This document shows, piece after piece, positions 39,561-52,754 of a DNA stretch of 64,000 nt. The notes beneath the pieces were generated by a model, which saw only the letters and a program-made list of their open reading frames with translations, was not told where the DNA came from and made no database searches. Source of the stretch: Octopus vulgaris (lineage: Eukaryota); the NCBI GenBank assembly GCA_951406725.2, contig OX597821.1, forward strand, positions 81,282,001 to 81,346,000. The letters are read 5' to 3'. Each line of letters begins with the position of its first letter. Within the stretch, counting starts at the first letter, position 1. Position numbers and translations under genes: made by a program.

Positions 39561-41191
39561 TATATATACATATACATATATATTTTTCATCTTTTTATCT
39601 TTACATTAGACCGAGGCCATACTGGGGCACTTACCTTGAAGGAATTTTAGTTGAATGAATTGACCCCAGTATATATTTTTATGAGCCTGTTACTTATTCT
39701 ATCAGTCTCTATAGATTATGATATATCTATAATACATTAAAAGTGAGCTTGAATCTTGCTTGCTTGCAATGTTACTCAGCCAAACTGGTGCATAATGGGA
39801 AAATACTATGAATTAAGTTGCCCTTGAAATGTAGGGGTTCTTTGGGATATAAATACCCAAAATGGTGCATAATGGGAAAATATTCCAAAAATAACTTAAC
39901 CCTGAAAGGGAAGAAACTCTTATCTTTCGATTAGACACACGGATGTGACAACGAAAAATACAATTTGTTTTTTACATAAAGGTTTCTATTTTTCGCTTTC
40001 ATTAAACACAATATTTTAATAATTTAGAAATATTTCTAAGTGAATGTGATTTCAAAAATGTAAGTTGTTTGTACAGTAAGTATTTATATTTTAGCTTTCT
40101 TTAAACAGACAATATTTTAACATTTTTAAAAATTATTTTCAAGTGAATATCATCACAAAAATTTTTTGGCATACCTAAAAAATATTTTAAAGTGAAAATG
40201 ACTTTAAAAACATCGTAAATATTTTGTAAAAGATGCATTTATAACCTCGGTGTTAAATAAAATTTTTCCATAGTTTTTTTTCGAGTGCATTCAATGTATC
40301 TCACCTCCAAAGATTTGGCTGCTATTTCTAGCACGCCCTGCTACCACATAACAGCCATTTGCGATAAAGGACCTGAAATACCTGTTACATGATAGCAAAG
40401 TGTGCAAGAAATAGCAACCAAATCTTTCCTTTTCTGGGGAAAGGAGCCATTTACGTGTGATTTTGATGTCACATTTGTTGAAAGCTTGTAAAATAACCTG
40501 GAAAAGAAAAAAAAAACCCACAAAACAAAACTCTGATGCTGGGAAACTCAGACTTTCCCAGTGACCCAATGGGTCACAGATAGTCTATCATATATATATA
40601 TATATAAGACACAAAACTATCAATTCTTGTATTTTAAATGTCTCTTGCATCAGAAGATACATACATATAAACGAACTGAAAAGGTGGAATAAAGCACAAG
40701 GATATAAACTACAGAATCATCGGTTCTATCCTTACTACAGTACTGTTTGGTTAGTTGCATTATTTTTGATACCTTCATGATTAATAATTGGGGTCTAATG
40801 GACTGCTAACTTCCTCTAAATATGGCCTTGTGTCTAATGCTTAGTGCCTGCTGCCATACACACAGTCATCAAAAACTGACTGGCTAGCCTATGTTCCATG
40901 GAGAATAATCAATATCCTGGGTAGGGTCCGATTGTACCCAATTGTCTTGCCTGTGATACACAAGTTCATAAGTCAGGGATAAACTCTGAACTCAACAACC
41001 AGTAAAACTTCCAAGACACTGTCAATGAAATTTTTAAAAACATCAGATAGTGCACAGGCATGGCTGTGAGGTTAAGAAGCTTGCTTTCAAGCCATTTTGT
41101 CTTGGCACCTTCAGCAAGTGTCTTCTACTACAGCTCAATTCCAACCAAAGTTTTGCAAGTGGATTTGGTAGACAGGAACTGGAAGAAGCCC

Positions 41192-41239
<48 letters not shown>

Positions 41240-41247
41240 CATATATA

Positions 41248-42089
41248 CAGGGTGTCCCAAAAATCACTGATGGGTTTCAATTTTTAATAACTTCCTTAAC
41301 TTTACAAATAAATGCTTGAAAGTTTGATATAATATAAAGGACATAATGAAAATTAATATGTACAAATGAAATTTTGCAGCACCACTACATCACAAATGAA
41401 AAATTACTGTTATTTTTGGCTTTGCACACCTGTGCTCTTCCCAGAACTTGCACCATAACACCCTCAAGAGTTTCAGACCCGACTTCTTTGATTTCTTTAT
41501 TGATGTTCTCCTTCACTTGCACCAGGGTATCTGATTTGTTGATGTAACCCCTCTCTTTCAGGTATCTCCACAACAAAAAATCCAGGCTGGTCAAGTCTGG
41601 GGAACGTGAAAGCCATTTAAAGTAGACCCCACATGATTCCAGCAAGATGGGGCAACTGCTTATACCACAAGAGAAACAATGCAGTTGTTATGGCAATGTT
41701 TTGGAGAGAGAACAATCTCCTGCCACGGCAATGTCAATTGACCTTCACATTATCCAGACTTGACTAGACCAGATTTTTTCTTGTGGGGATACCTGAGAGA
41801 GAGGGTTTATGTCAACAAATCAGAGACCCTGGTGCACCTGAAGGAGAACGTCAATAGAGAAATCAAAGAAGTTGGGTCTGAAATCCTTGAGGGTGTTATG
41901 GTCCAAGTTTTGGAAAGAGTACCGGTGTGCAAAGCTGAAAATGGCTGCCATTTAAGCGATGTCCTTTTTCATATGTGATGTAGTGGTGTTGCATTATGTC
42001 CTTTATATTGTATCAAAATTTCATGCATTTATTTGTAAAGTTAAGGAGGTTATTAAAATTTGAAATCCATCAGTGACTTTCGAGACACC

Positions 42090-42092
<3 letters not shown>
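41248..42092. mobile_element. DD41D (rosa-type) Tc1/mariner element with about 370-bp inverted arms, inserted in the (TA)n of a SINE A
   Basis: TA-CAGGGTGTC termini; plus-strand FQQD-x41-DFFLWGYLRERVY; the same C-terminal coding region is present on the minus strand in the left arm. Confidence 0.88.
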
Positions 42093-42135
<43 letters not shown>

Positions 42136-43279
42136 TATTGTTTTGTAATGGTTAGATCAACAGAAAAAGTACTCCATCTGATGAGAGATAAATATTGTTA
42201 GTTTGTAATGCCATGTGGGCAGTGCCTGAAGATTGTGCTAGGACACCAGATGTGTTAAAAAATACCGTCTGGCATGCTCTCATCACATGAAATTAATAGT
42301 AGCACATGAAAACCTTATATTGTGTTTATTAAATAATATACATGCACACACGCACACATATATATGTATATATAGATATATGCATACATACATAAATAAA
42401 TAAATAAATATTAATGTGTGTGTGCGCGTGTGTTTGAGTATATCTTTGTCTTGAAAATCCTATAATGGTTGTAAAATGAATGAGTATTACTGTCATACAA
42501 GTGAAGTTGTTCATTTCCAGTTTTCCGTGAAAAATGCCTGGCTATGGGAAAATGTTACTTTGTTAGGAAACAGGCGAAGGTTGGTGACAAGAAGTGCATC
42601 CTGCTGTAGAGAATATGCTTCAACAAATTCCATCAGACCCATACAAGCAAGGAAAAGAGGACATTAAATGATGATGATGATAATAATAAGGATGAGACAC
42701 TAAACTTATTTTGAGTCCCTTATTCAGTAACTGTTTTGTTTTTATGCAGTTTTTTAAAAACTAAATACCTGTGTGTGTGTGTGTGTAGATGAGATTAAAT
42801 GTATGTGCATAAATATTTGTGAATGTACATGTGTATATGCTGAGAGTAGACAAGGTATATGTAAGCGTGTATATATTTCTATGCGCCTGTGGACATGTGT
42901 GTGTGTGTGTGTATGTGTGTGTGCATGCATGTGCGCTTGGTTATGTCCTTATAATCCCTTAAAATAAAGCCAATTCTTCTAAGAGGAGACCAAGAAAAGT
43001 ATGTGGAACCATCAATGTGTGTGTGTGTGGGGGGGGAGATGTGTGATGTGTGAGGATATTGGACAATAAGGAAATAGTTAACATATACTGGAAGAGATAT
43101 ATTGACTCAGGTTGTGGATGGGTAGGATTAGGGTGGAGAGGAGTGCGGGGGGGGGGGATAAACAGAGTTTCAGTAAAGGTCATCTGACATACTGTGGATG
43201 GGGACTGGACATTCCTTTCAGTCCTTGTTGATTTGGTAGAGAGTGGGGTAAACACCAGCCTTCCTGTTTCATAGTGACA

Positions 43280-43560
43280 GTAGTGGTGGTGGTGGTGGTG
43301 GTGGTGGTGGTGATGGTGGTGGTTGTAATGATATTGATGATAGTTGAAGTTTGTGTGGTGAGGGCGGAAGAGATGGGTGTTGGGTTTTCATGGTAATGAA
43401 AGTTAGCGATAGAGTGGTAGTAATGATAGTAATAATGATAATAGTAGTAGTAGTGGTGTTGGTGGTTGGCAGTAATGATGGTGGTGGTGTTGGTGGTGGT
43501 GATGATGTTGGTCTGGTCATGGTGATAGTGGTTATGATGCCATAATGGTGGTGCTGGTAG
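43280..43560. repeat. (GGT)n/(GAT)n/(AGT)n low-complexity tract
   Basis: Direct inspection. Confidence 0.85.
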
Positions 43561-44183
43561 TAATGTTGTTATTGTTCAGCCCCAGTCTGATCAAGCAAAA
43601 CCTGTAATCAAGTGTGCTCCAGATATGCCCATCCTATTTTTATTTTCAAATGGTGTATCTAGCACTGTACTATTCAATCTATATCCCCTTCTTAGATTAT
43701 AGTAGAATTTATGGGTGGATTTGACTGCTGACATACTGGTGTTGTTGCTATTTATTGTTGCACTGTCCAAAGTTAGCCCTGAGCAAGAAGCCCTATAGCA
43801 CAGAGGTAGTCAACTGATCCCTTTTCTTACCTCTCTCTCAGTCCTATCAAGTACTTCCTCCAATTCTCATCCCCTAACAGTTATCACTCCCCTATCTTAT
43901 GGTACTACTCAGCTGCTGTAATTACCTGAGAGCAGAATCACTCATATGACACCCCCTCCTTTCTAGTTATCTCATCTCTCTCCACCCTGCTCCCAGGAAC
44001 CATTTCCATTCCTCATTATCATCCCTGCCCACTCTATTTCTACCAATCACCTCCTTGCTGTCCCTTCAGCCACTGTTCCCTCTCCTCTATTTTTACTCCA
44101 TTCTTAACACTTCTTTCATCTGCTATTATTTTCAATGTCCTCTCATATCTATCATCATGCCCCACTTATGTACCTCTATATTA

Positions 44184-44386
44184 AGGTGGTGAGCTGACAG
44201 AAACATTAGCACGCAGGGCAAAATGCTTATCGGTATATCGTGTCTTTACGCTCTGAGTTCAAATTCCACCAAGGCTGACTTTGCCTTTCATCCTTTTGGG
44301 GATTAATAAATTAAGTACCAGTTATATACTGGGGTCGATCTAATCGACTGCCCACCCCCCTCCCCAAAATTTTGGGCTGTGTACCT
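44184..44386 (+). mobile_element. SINE family B, CpG-decayed
   Basis: Family B consensus with CG to TG/CA changes. Confidence 0.8.
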
Positions 44387-45112
44387 ATATATCCCCTCAC
44401 TTTCTGCTCCTAAAACTTGCACATCATCCCACTACTGTCTCATCTGTTCCCATTCTTAAGCCATTCCTCTATCCCTCACCTTACCCTCTCCATACTGGTG
44501 TTTCCTTACAATCTCACATCCACCATTATCACTCCCTATAATTACCTCTACCCCTATCTCTAGCCATCTGTTACTCTCACCTCACTCTATTATACAAGTA
44601 TCCTCTTTCTCATCCCTTTCTATCATCTACTGCCTGTATCCTCTCCTAAGCTCACCCTCTTGTACCCCATTTCTACCTTCCTTTATTTCCTTCAGCCATG
44701 TATCTCCTCAACAAGATTCTTGTACTTGTCCCTTAATCATACTTTAGCCTTTCAAAACCTGGCATAAAGGCACCTACCTTCACTTTCCCCTTGCAAGTAG
44801 TGGGAGTTTTCTTCCCCCCCCCCCTGGTACTTTTTCTATCTTGCAAGTTTACTCAGCAACCACACTAGTGCCGGATCACACGGTATGCTCTGTAAATTGG
44901 TTGGTATTAAGAAGGGCATCCAGTTGTAGAAACCATGCCAAAGCTGACATTGGAGCTTAATGCAGCCCTGCAGCTGGCTGGATCCAGTCAAACCATCCTT
45001 CCTTTGCCAGCAAAGAAAACAGATATTAAATAATATGTTTGTATGTATCTATGTGTATATCTATCTACCTACATATATATATATATATGAGACAAATTAA
45101 AAATAAAGATCA

Positions 45113-45533
45113 ATACATATAATTCTTTTATCAGAGCAAATTTGGCTTACAGTTGTTTGCAAATTTGGCTTACAGTTGTTTGGCTTACAGTTGTTTGGCT
45201 TACAGTTGTCCTTATAGGTACATTACTGATAGGTTTACTCAATTGGTCTATTGATCAATTAAGGCAAATTGAATGACCTAGGGAAATTAATGCTACTTTT
45301 GTCAGAGCCATTTCTGGATATAACAAGCAGAGCCCTTAATGATTGGCCATTCCTCAAGTGTTCTGTTATATCCAGAAATGGCTCTGACAAACGTAGCAGT
45401 AATTCTTTTAGGTCATTCAATTTGCCTTAATTGATCAATGGACCAATTGAGTAAACCTATCAGAAACGTACCTATAAGGACTACTGGAAAGAGCTGGAAA
45501 CCAAATTTGCTCTGATAAAGGAATTATATGTAT
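45113..45533. repeat. Long fold-back inverted repeat (arms 45113-45325 and 45364-45533)
   Basis: Arms are reverse complements with few mismatches; the left arm carries four copies of TTTGGCTTACAGTTG. Confidence 0.9.
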
Positions 45534-45769
45534 GACTGTTATTTCTAACTCGTTTCTTATCATTCTGTGTGAAAAACCAGTTTATCTGGAGCCCATCCAT
45601 GGATTTACAATATAGAATTGTGATGAAACATAATGTGGGACCCTACCAAAAGATTAATTTGAGTTCTTCATTAATCTAAGTACTCTTGTTAGCCTGATGC
45701 GCCAACAGAGAGCTTATGAAATATTTTGCCTGGATTGATAATCCCACACTATTTGTTCTGTTATATATA

Positions 45770-47320
45770 TCGTAAAAACCCATGTAATTTATGCACTTTT
45801 TTCGCAAAAACAAAAATAAACTTCAGTGGGCATGTAAATTACATGAGTAGATCGTTTCCAGAATTTTTTTAGAATTTCTTTTTTTTGTTGAAGAATGACA
45901 TACAAATGTAAACATTTGTATGGGAAGTTGACACATTTAGAATAGATTTTCACAGAAAAAATATAATGAAGTTGACTTTTATTTAGGCTGGACGGTATAA
46001 AGCTTACTTTTTCTGTATAAATTTACTAAAACCATTAAATGGTTACCTATTTTTTGAAGTTTGACATTCATGATGGCAATCACAGTCTGGGCCATATTTT
46101 ATATTGCTTGGAGTTTCTACCTATCGCAATGGAGCCCAACAATTTCCTTAAATAAATCAGTTTTTCTCCGCTTAAGAAGTCTAGCTTGCATTTGCCTCCA
46201 GGAAGCTATTGCTCACTTTCTCCACGTTAGGACAACGAAATTCATCACGGCTGACATCACCCCTACCAGCTCTTACTGCACCTAACAATGACGACAACAT
46301 GATAATTCATCCTTGTGCATGTAAACTTACTAAGTGTATATGACTTAGCATTCCTATAGAAACCTTCATTTACCTTGTACGATGTTTAATGTCATTTCAC
46401 ATTCATGTTGAATTATGCAGCAATCTTATCTTCTCTTCATAGAACACTTGTAATGTATGTATTACCAGTTCTTTTGGTATAGTAGATTTTTGCTATTCTT
46501 GTTTATGTCTCCTCACAGACGTGTACATTCTAACAAGTCGCTTCTTAAACTTCGCACCTCTCTTGTTCAATAAACACTGAGTTAAACTTCCAAAGCTGTT
46601 TATTTTCTCTTTTTGATTTCTAATGTTTATTTTAGTGGGTTACCAAACTATCAGTTTGGTCTCCCGACTAAAACAGTAATGACAAATTTTTAAGTTTGCT
46701 TGACATTTTATAAGTGTGAAAGAGATTGAAATTTCGATACTCCGTATCAAAGGTTCTGACAAGAATGGGCAGAAAATCAGAGCTTGAGACAAGAAGACAC
46801 TTTCAACCAATCAGAATTCTGTTTACATAATCAGTTTGATCGGTCACCTTCCTTTGTCGGTCGAGTAAAGTGTCATCCAAACTGATGTTTATTGGTAATT
46901 AAACTTATTTTTCAACACTTGTGCGCATTTATCAGTTCTGTTTTGTTGATAAGAATTATCGACTTCTCCTGTGATCATGATTTTGAGAAGACATACAGAA
47001 GTATGCTAAAGATCAGACATAATCTCTTGTGGGCAAGAAATGTAAAATAAAGTTTATTATAAACACCACAAATACTTCGTAATTTAATAGCATTCAATGT
47101 GATAACTGTTGAACAGAAATTATTTTTGTTTAATGGAAATTTAATAAAATCTAGTCAGGCGTAAGAGTGGCTGTGTGGTAAGTAGCTTGCTTACGAACCA
47201 CATGGCTTTGAGTTTGGTCTTGTTGTGTGGCACCTTGGGCAAGTGTCTTCTACTATAGCCTTGGGCCGACCAAAGCCTTGTGAGTGAATTTGGTAGACGG
47301 AAACTGAAAGAAGCCTGTCG

Positions 47321-47385
<65 letters not shown>

Positions 47386-47772
47386 ATGTTTGTGTGTCTG
47401 TGTTTGTCCCCCCAATATCACTTGACAACCGATGCTGTTGTGTTTATGTACCAGTACTTAGTGGTTTGGCAAAAGAGACCAACAGAATAAGTACTAGGCT
47501 TACAATGAATAAGTCCTAGGGTTGATTTGCTCAACTAAAGGTGGTGCTCCAGCATGGCTACAGTCAAATGACTGAAACATGTAAAAGAGTAAAGAGTATA
47601 AGTAAGTGAAATTATGTTAAATACAACTAAACTATAAACCTTTTTCTCCTAGCCATATCAGCAATTCCGAAAACTTTTGGGTGCGAATTTTACACAAGAA
47701 GAAGCTTTTTTTTAACAATTTTTATCCTGAAAATCACCTGCGTAAGTTACACAGGTGTGTAAATTTTTATGG
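45770..47772. mobile_element. Old Tc2/pogo-like element containing a SINE A
   Basis: Degenerate termini TA-TCGTAAAAA.. / ..TTTTTATGG-TA with subterminal GCGTAA.TTACAC motifs. Confidence 0.4.
47158..47597 (+). mobile_element. SINE family A, full length, CpG-decayed
   Basis: Complete head, body and tail. Confidence 0.88.
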
Positions 47773-47829
47773 TATATATATATATATATATATATACTGT
47801 AAAAATTTGTACACCTGATGATAATATAT

Positions 47830-48690
47830 CCTTCACAGATCTTTCTCATTTAATATTTTCATTTTGTTGAGAAGGTGGTCTGAGCACAACTTATTATGAT
47901 GTGTAGCGTGATGTCTTTCATTGTTCGTTGTGAAGAGATTGGTAACCGAGGCCAGGCTGGTCTTGTCCATGATGGATCTAATGTATTGCATATACATCAC
48001 TGTTGTCGTTTCTTTCACTTGGTTGGATATGGTACTTGTGATTGGATATGGTACCTGGGATTTCTCTCAGTATGTTTGCGCATCATTCTGCTTTCATTTC
48101 TGTATCTTCAAAATGAGTTATGAATATTTTGGAAGAGTTATATGTAACTCCAGATATTTTTGTCTTCTGTTTATGTTGTTGAGTGTGAGAGCTGGTTGTA
48201 TTTTATGTCCTCATATCCATCCACCACATGTGCTGGTACAGACATGTCCTTTGCCTCCTTCCAGATTATCCTACCAGGACCTTACTCTTGTTCAATGTAG
48301 CAGCTGTGGGCTGGAAGAGGTGCTGAGGCAGGCCCCACATTAGATAGCTGGATGTGATTAAGGAAGATTGCCAGAAACTCAACGCAGAGGAGCTGGTACC
48401 GGACCACCAGCATTGGAGGACACTGGTAGACCTGGTCGGCTCTACTCACAATGATGCTTCTGGAATCATTAACTTGGGAAGACCCTGGCCCCATCAAGCA
48501 AAAGCATGATTGAGTAAGTGGTTTTACTAGCAAAAAAGGAGAAAGTGGATTTGGTAAGTGCTACTTTGACACAGTGTTGCCTGAAGAATGGTGAGATGTT
48601 GATGTCATCTATATATAAAGATGACTGTGTGTAGAGATATGGGAAAGTTGTGTAGATATAAACTGAAAACAATGCCTTCTGGTTAATTAA
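47830..48690 (-). mobile_element. Highly decayed Penelope-like RT remnant
   Basis: LTKSTFSF, CLMGPGSS (GxxMGSPLS), PPMLVVRY, YIEQE, MQYIRSIMDK (LPYI-like) occur in the expected order. Confidence 0.45.
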
Positions 48691-48869
48691 TAATTATCAT
48701 TCTGACTCTGGTTCACCAAAACCAATTGGTAAAAAATTATTTTCAGTAATAAAATACGATACACTGAAATGTAAGCAGTTCAGCCAATTGCCTTCATACC
48801 ATAATTCTGTTTGATTCAGCAAAAGATACATACTGACCTTCATCAATAACGGTCAAATTAACTGGCTGT

Positions 48870-49160
48870 ATACAATAAAAAAACAGAACTGCAATTGAAG
48901 CGGGGCAGATGCTAGAACAGATCCAGAAGTGCAAGTGGGGATGGATAAGGAACACGTTAAGGAAACCAACATCCTGTGTAATAAGTCAGGGAGTGAGGCA
49001 GGAAGAAGAGAGGATGCTCTAAAGACAGCTGGAGGTGGGATAGTGGGGTAGGGGTAAATAAACAGGGGTCCAACTGCAAAGAAGCAGAAAAAAAGGCTCA
49101 GAGTGGAGATCAGTGGAGAAATATCATCAATAGCTTAGGCTCTACAGCGAGCATAATTAT
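48870..49160 (+). mobile_element. RTE-clade LINE 3' fragment
   Basis: IQKCKWGWIRNTLRKP..GRKKRGCSKDSWR, matching the W.WIGHTLRK and RGRPK.TW motifs. Confidence 0.6.
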
Positions 49161-49450
49161 CAAGCATCATTGATTAAGGCTACATGGAAAAGTTCATGGT
49201 TCAATGGTTAATAATAGAGAACATGCTGTTGTACACCAACATGGTAACATAGAAAAATAGATGTCCTCTTTCTCTCAGTGCATCACATTCATTCCAAACA
49301 CATGTTCCTCCAATTGCATCTTGATTCACAGAGACACATCTCATTCCTCTGATCCTCTCATAGCAGATCATTGGCACACACCTTTCAGCTTTTCTCCATG
49401 CTAAGTAACTGGACAACATGAGGACACACAAATATATATATATATATATA

Positions 49451-50660
49451 TTGGATCAACCCATAAATAATGCATTTTTTTCAATTGCATGAATCAAAAG
49501 TTGGAGGGGGAGGGGATAAACTACCTGCATCAACTTGCAAGTTTTAAAGAGTGCAGTTCGATTTTAACACTTATTTTTCCAAAGCTATAATGGAAGTGAC
49601 AAAGAAGCATATTCAGCATATTTTACTTTATGAGTTCAATTTATTGCCTTTAGGCAAGAATGCAATGGAAAATGCAAGGAATATTAATGCAGTAAATGGG
49701 GATCGGACAATAAATGTAAGCCAGTGACAATGGTGGTTCCAGAAATTCTGAGCTGTAAACTACAACGTAGATGTGCCTTGTCCTTGAAAATCTGTTCAGC
49801 TCGATGAAGATGTCCTGCAAACCCTGGTGGAACAAAATCTTATTGTAACTGTTAAAGAACTAGCAGAGAAGCTAGGATTTGGTCATTTAACCATTTATTG
49901 ACACCTACGTGCCATCGGAAAAGACAGCAAATTGGGTCAATGGGTTCCTCACAAACTTTCCATGCAGAAAGTGAATGCATACTTTTCTTTGCTGCCACAT
50001 CCCATGAATGAACCTTTTTTGGACAGAATAGTGACTGGTAATGAGAAATAGGGTCTCTATAAAAATGTCAAATGCCGAAGACAATGAGTAGGGAAAGGAG
50101 AAACACTGGCACCCCAGGCTAAAGAAGGTCTTCACCCACGTAAAGTGTTGTTATCTGTTTGGTGGGATGTGAAAGGTTTAGTCCACTTTGAAATTTTAAA
50201 CCCAAGCCAAATAATAATAAAGGAGATCTACTGTGAGCAGCTTGAGCAACTCAGGTCAGTGCTAGAAGAAAAACAACCATCTTTGGTTTCAAGATGAAAG
50301 ATGTTCTTCCATCAGGATAATGCTCAGCCACATACAGCGAGGATGACATTCCAAAGGCTGAAGCAGTTTGAATGGGAAACGATACCCCACCCACCATATT
50401 CACTGGACATTGCCCCATCTGATTATCATTTATTCCACAGTCTTCAAAATCATTTGGATGGAATAAATATGAATTCTGTAGATGAGGTCAGAAGAGGCTC
50501 CTCTTCCAAAGTTCACTTTGGAAGATGGGCCTTGGAAGTCTACCAGGAGAGCATTGTTGAAAATGAATGGGAGTATATTTTAGATTAAAGAAGAACTTTA
50601 TAGAAATTTTGAAAAATAAAAGATGTATAAAAAAACTACCTCATTTATGGGATGACCCAA
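49451..50660 (+). mobile_element. Full-length degenerate mariner (DD34D, cecropia-like)
   Basis: TIRs TTGGATCAACCCATAAATAA / TCATTTATGGGATGACCCAA with TA TSD; transposase 49590-50588 with WVPHKL, IVTGNEK, LHPRKVLLSVWWD, HQDNAQPH, PPYSLDIAPSDYHLF; many stops. Confidence 0.92.
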
Positions 50661-52632
50661 TAAATATATAGCATCATCATCATCATTTCAACATCCCCTT
50701 TTCCATGCTTGGATGGATTAGACAGAGTTTATTGAGACTGATTTTCTACAGCTAGATACCCTACCCACCACTAGCCCTCACCTGTTTCAAATCAAGATAA
50801 TGTTTCACCTTGGCCAAACATGTATTTGCAGAATCCTGGAAATGAATGACACTCCTTGTATAACAGTGACACTCATTACACCTATCACACAATGTCAAGA
50901 CAAGAACACACACGCTCACACAAACACACACACAACAGGCTTCTTTCACTTTCCCCTCAATCAACTCCACTCACAAGGCTTTCGTTAGCCTGTAGCTTTA
51001 ATAGAAGACACTTGCCCAAGGTTGTCACATAATGTTACTATGTAGTTGAGGAGTAAGTTTTTTAACAGCCATACCTATGCCTTGATGATGATGATGATGA
51101 TGAACTATATAAACCAAAACTGTTTTTCTTATATCAGAATCACACAACATAAAAATTAAAGGAATCAAACTATAGATAAAATATGATATAAAATAAAAAT
51201 ATATTTGAGACAATAGTTACATTACAGTAATTATATTCTCAGTGTGCTGATGTTCCTTCAAAAAAATTAAATAATGAAAGTTCAAAAGTTGAAGGAACAA
51301 CAGCTAAAAAACAGTGAAGAAAAGTGTCTGGGATCCTGTAAGAAGGTCATAAGCCCTTCCAGCAAATATGATTGAGGGGTCAGCTGTTAAATTACTTCAC
51401 TGCTGACAACACATTATAAAAGATGACTGAGGTACAAGATATTATCACCAATGGTTACTTGTTGTCTCTCTTACAGCATCACCCTTTCCTTTTTTGATAT
51501 TGTTACATCGTGTATTACATGAAAGTTGCAGTGTAACAAGTGTTTGTGTATAATAATCTATATTTCTCTACGATGTCAAAACATTTGTTAATAGTACAAT
51601 CTTTGGTTATCAATAGCTTTTGCCACAATTTTGACTCTGTGTGGCAGTACAACATACAACCATTCACAAAGAATTGTATGTTGTACTCTAACAAATAGTG
51701 ACCAGTTTTTAAAGGTAAAAATGCAGTTATCTTAAATGTTTCACTAAAACATGTGGTTGCCTCAAATGCATGTCATGTTACAATAGGTTATATTAGTACA
51801 TGGCAACAACTAAGATTTATAAAACAATCTGTTGCTATATTGTATTACTATATGCAACATGTTTTAACTAAACTGTATGATACAACCTATTGTTAAGTAA
51901 AATCCATATTAGCAATGTAAGAAAGTTTGTAATACAAAATGCTTTTAATTAAAATCTATCTTAATTCCCATGGTTACTAAAAATTTATAATACAACATGA
52001 TATTAACTAAAATCCATATTGATCATTGATTACCCAAAGTTACGTGTTGCCATGAATAATTTCTCCAAAAGTCATTAACTAAAAAATGGACATTATAACA
52101 AAAATTAACAATTTCAACAACCTATATCTTAATTTTAAAACAGTTATTCTCATTATCAAGTCTTTGGTAATGACAAAAATTTTCTTCTTATAGAAGAAAG
52201 TGCATAAAAATATGGTTACCATTAACTGAAGAAATAGATTGATCATTTTTCTTTTTTTCTAACTTCACTGTTACACATTTTTTTCTGCTTCAAAAATATG
52301 GAATGCAATTCACCACTTCTTGGTGGTGATGGCCTTTCTGACTGCTGCTTGGCAACTGCACACAAAACGGTGCCAATATCTTCCAAATAAGTTATATATA
52401 TGTACATGTGTGTGTGTGTGTGTATATATACATATGTGCATGTGTATACATATATATATGCACAAACATATATATGTACATATATGTATATACATATGCA
52501 TATATATTAAGATTATTTACAGTTGTCTTAAACTGTCTCAACCAATTTTAAAATTCATTCAGGTGATATACAGCCTCAAGTGAATTCCAGTCATAGAAAA
52601 GTCAGTATATCCAATAAAAATTCTGTTTTTTC

Positions 52633-52754
52633 TCAGTAATCGAGCCCATAGCCAAGCCCACTCCATCTGTCAGGGACAGGAGGAAAATATCGATCCATGG
52701 CTTCTAAGAACCGACTCTTGTACAATTCAGGAAACACAACTGTTGGCATTTTAG
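52633..52754 (-). CDS. PIKFYVE: PIKfyve terminal coding exon SKMPTVVFPELYKSRFLEAMDRYFPPVPDRWSGLGYGLDY*
   Basis: Acceptor attacag, TGA at 52635-52633; VPDxW C-terminal motif. Confidence 0.96.

Noticed and set aside
45141-45209. Short direct repeats suggestive of a CRISPR array (also 35480-35575, 28663-28759, 60862-60922)
   Set aside because: Head-to-tail tandem repeats with no unique spacers and no cas genes, in a eukaryotic context.
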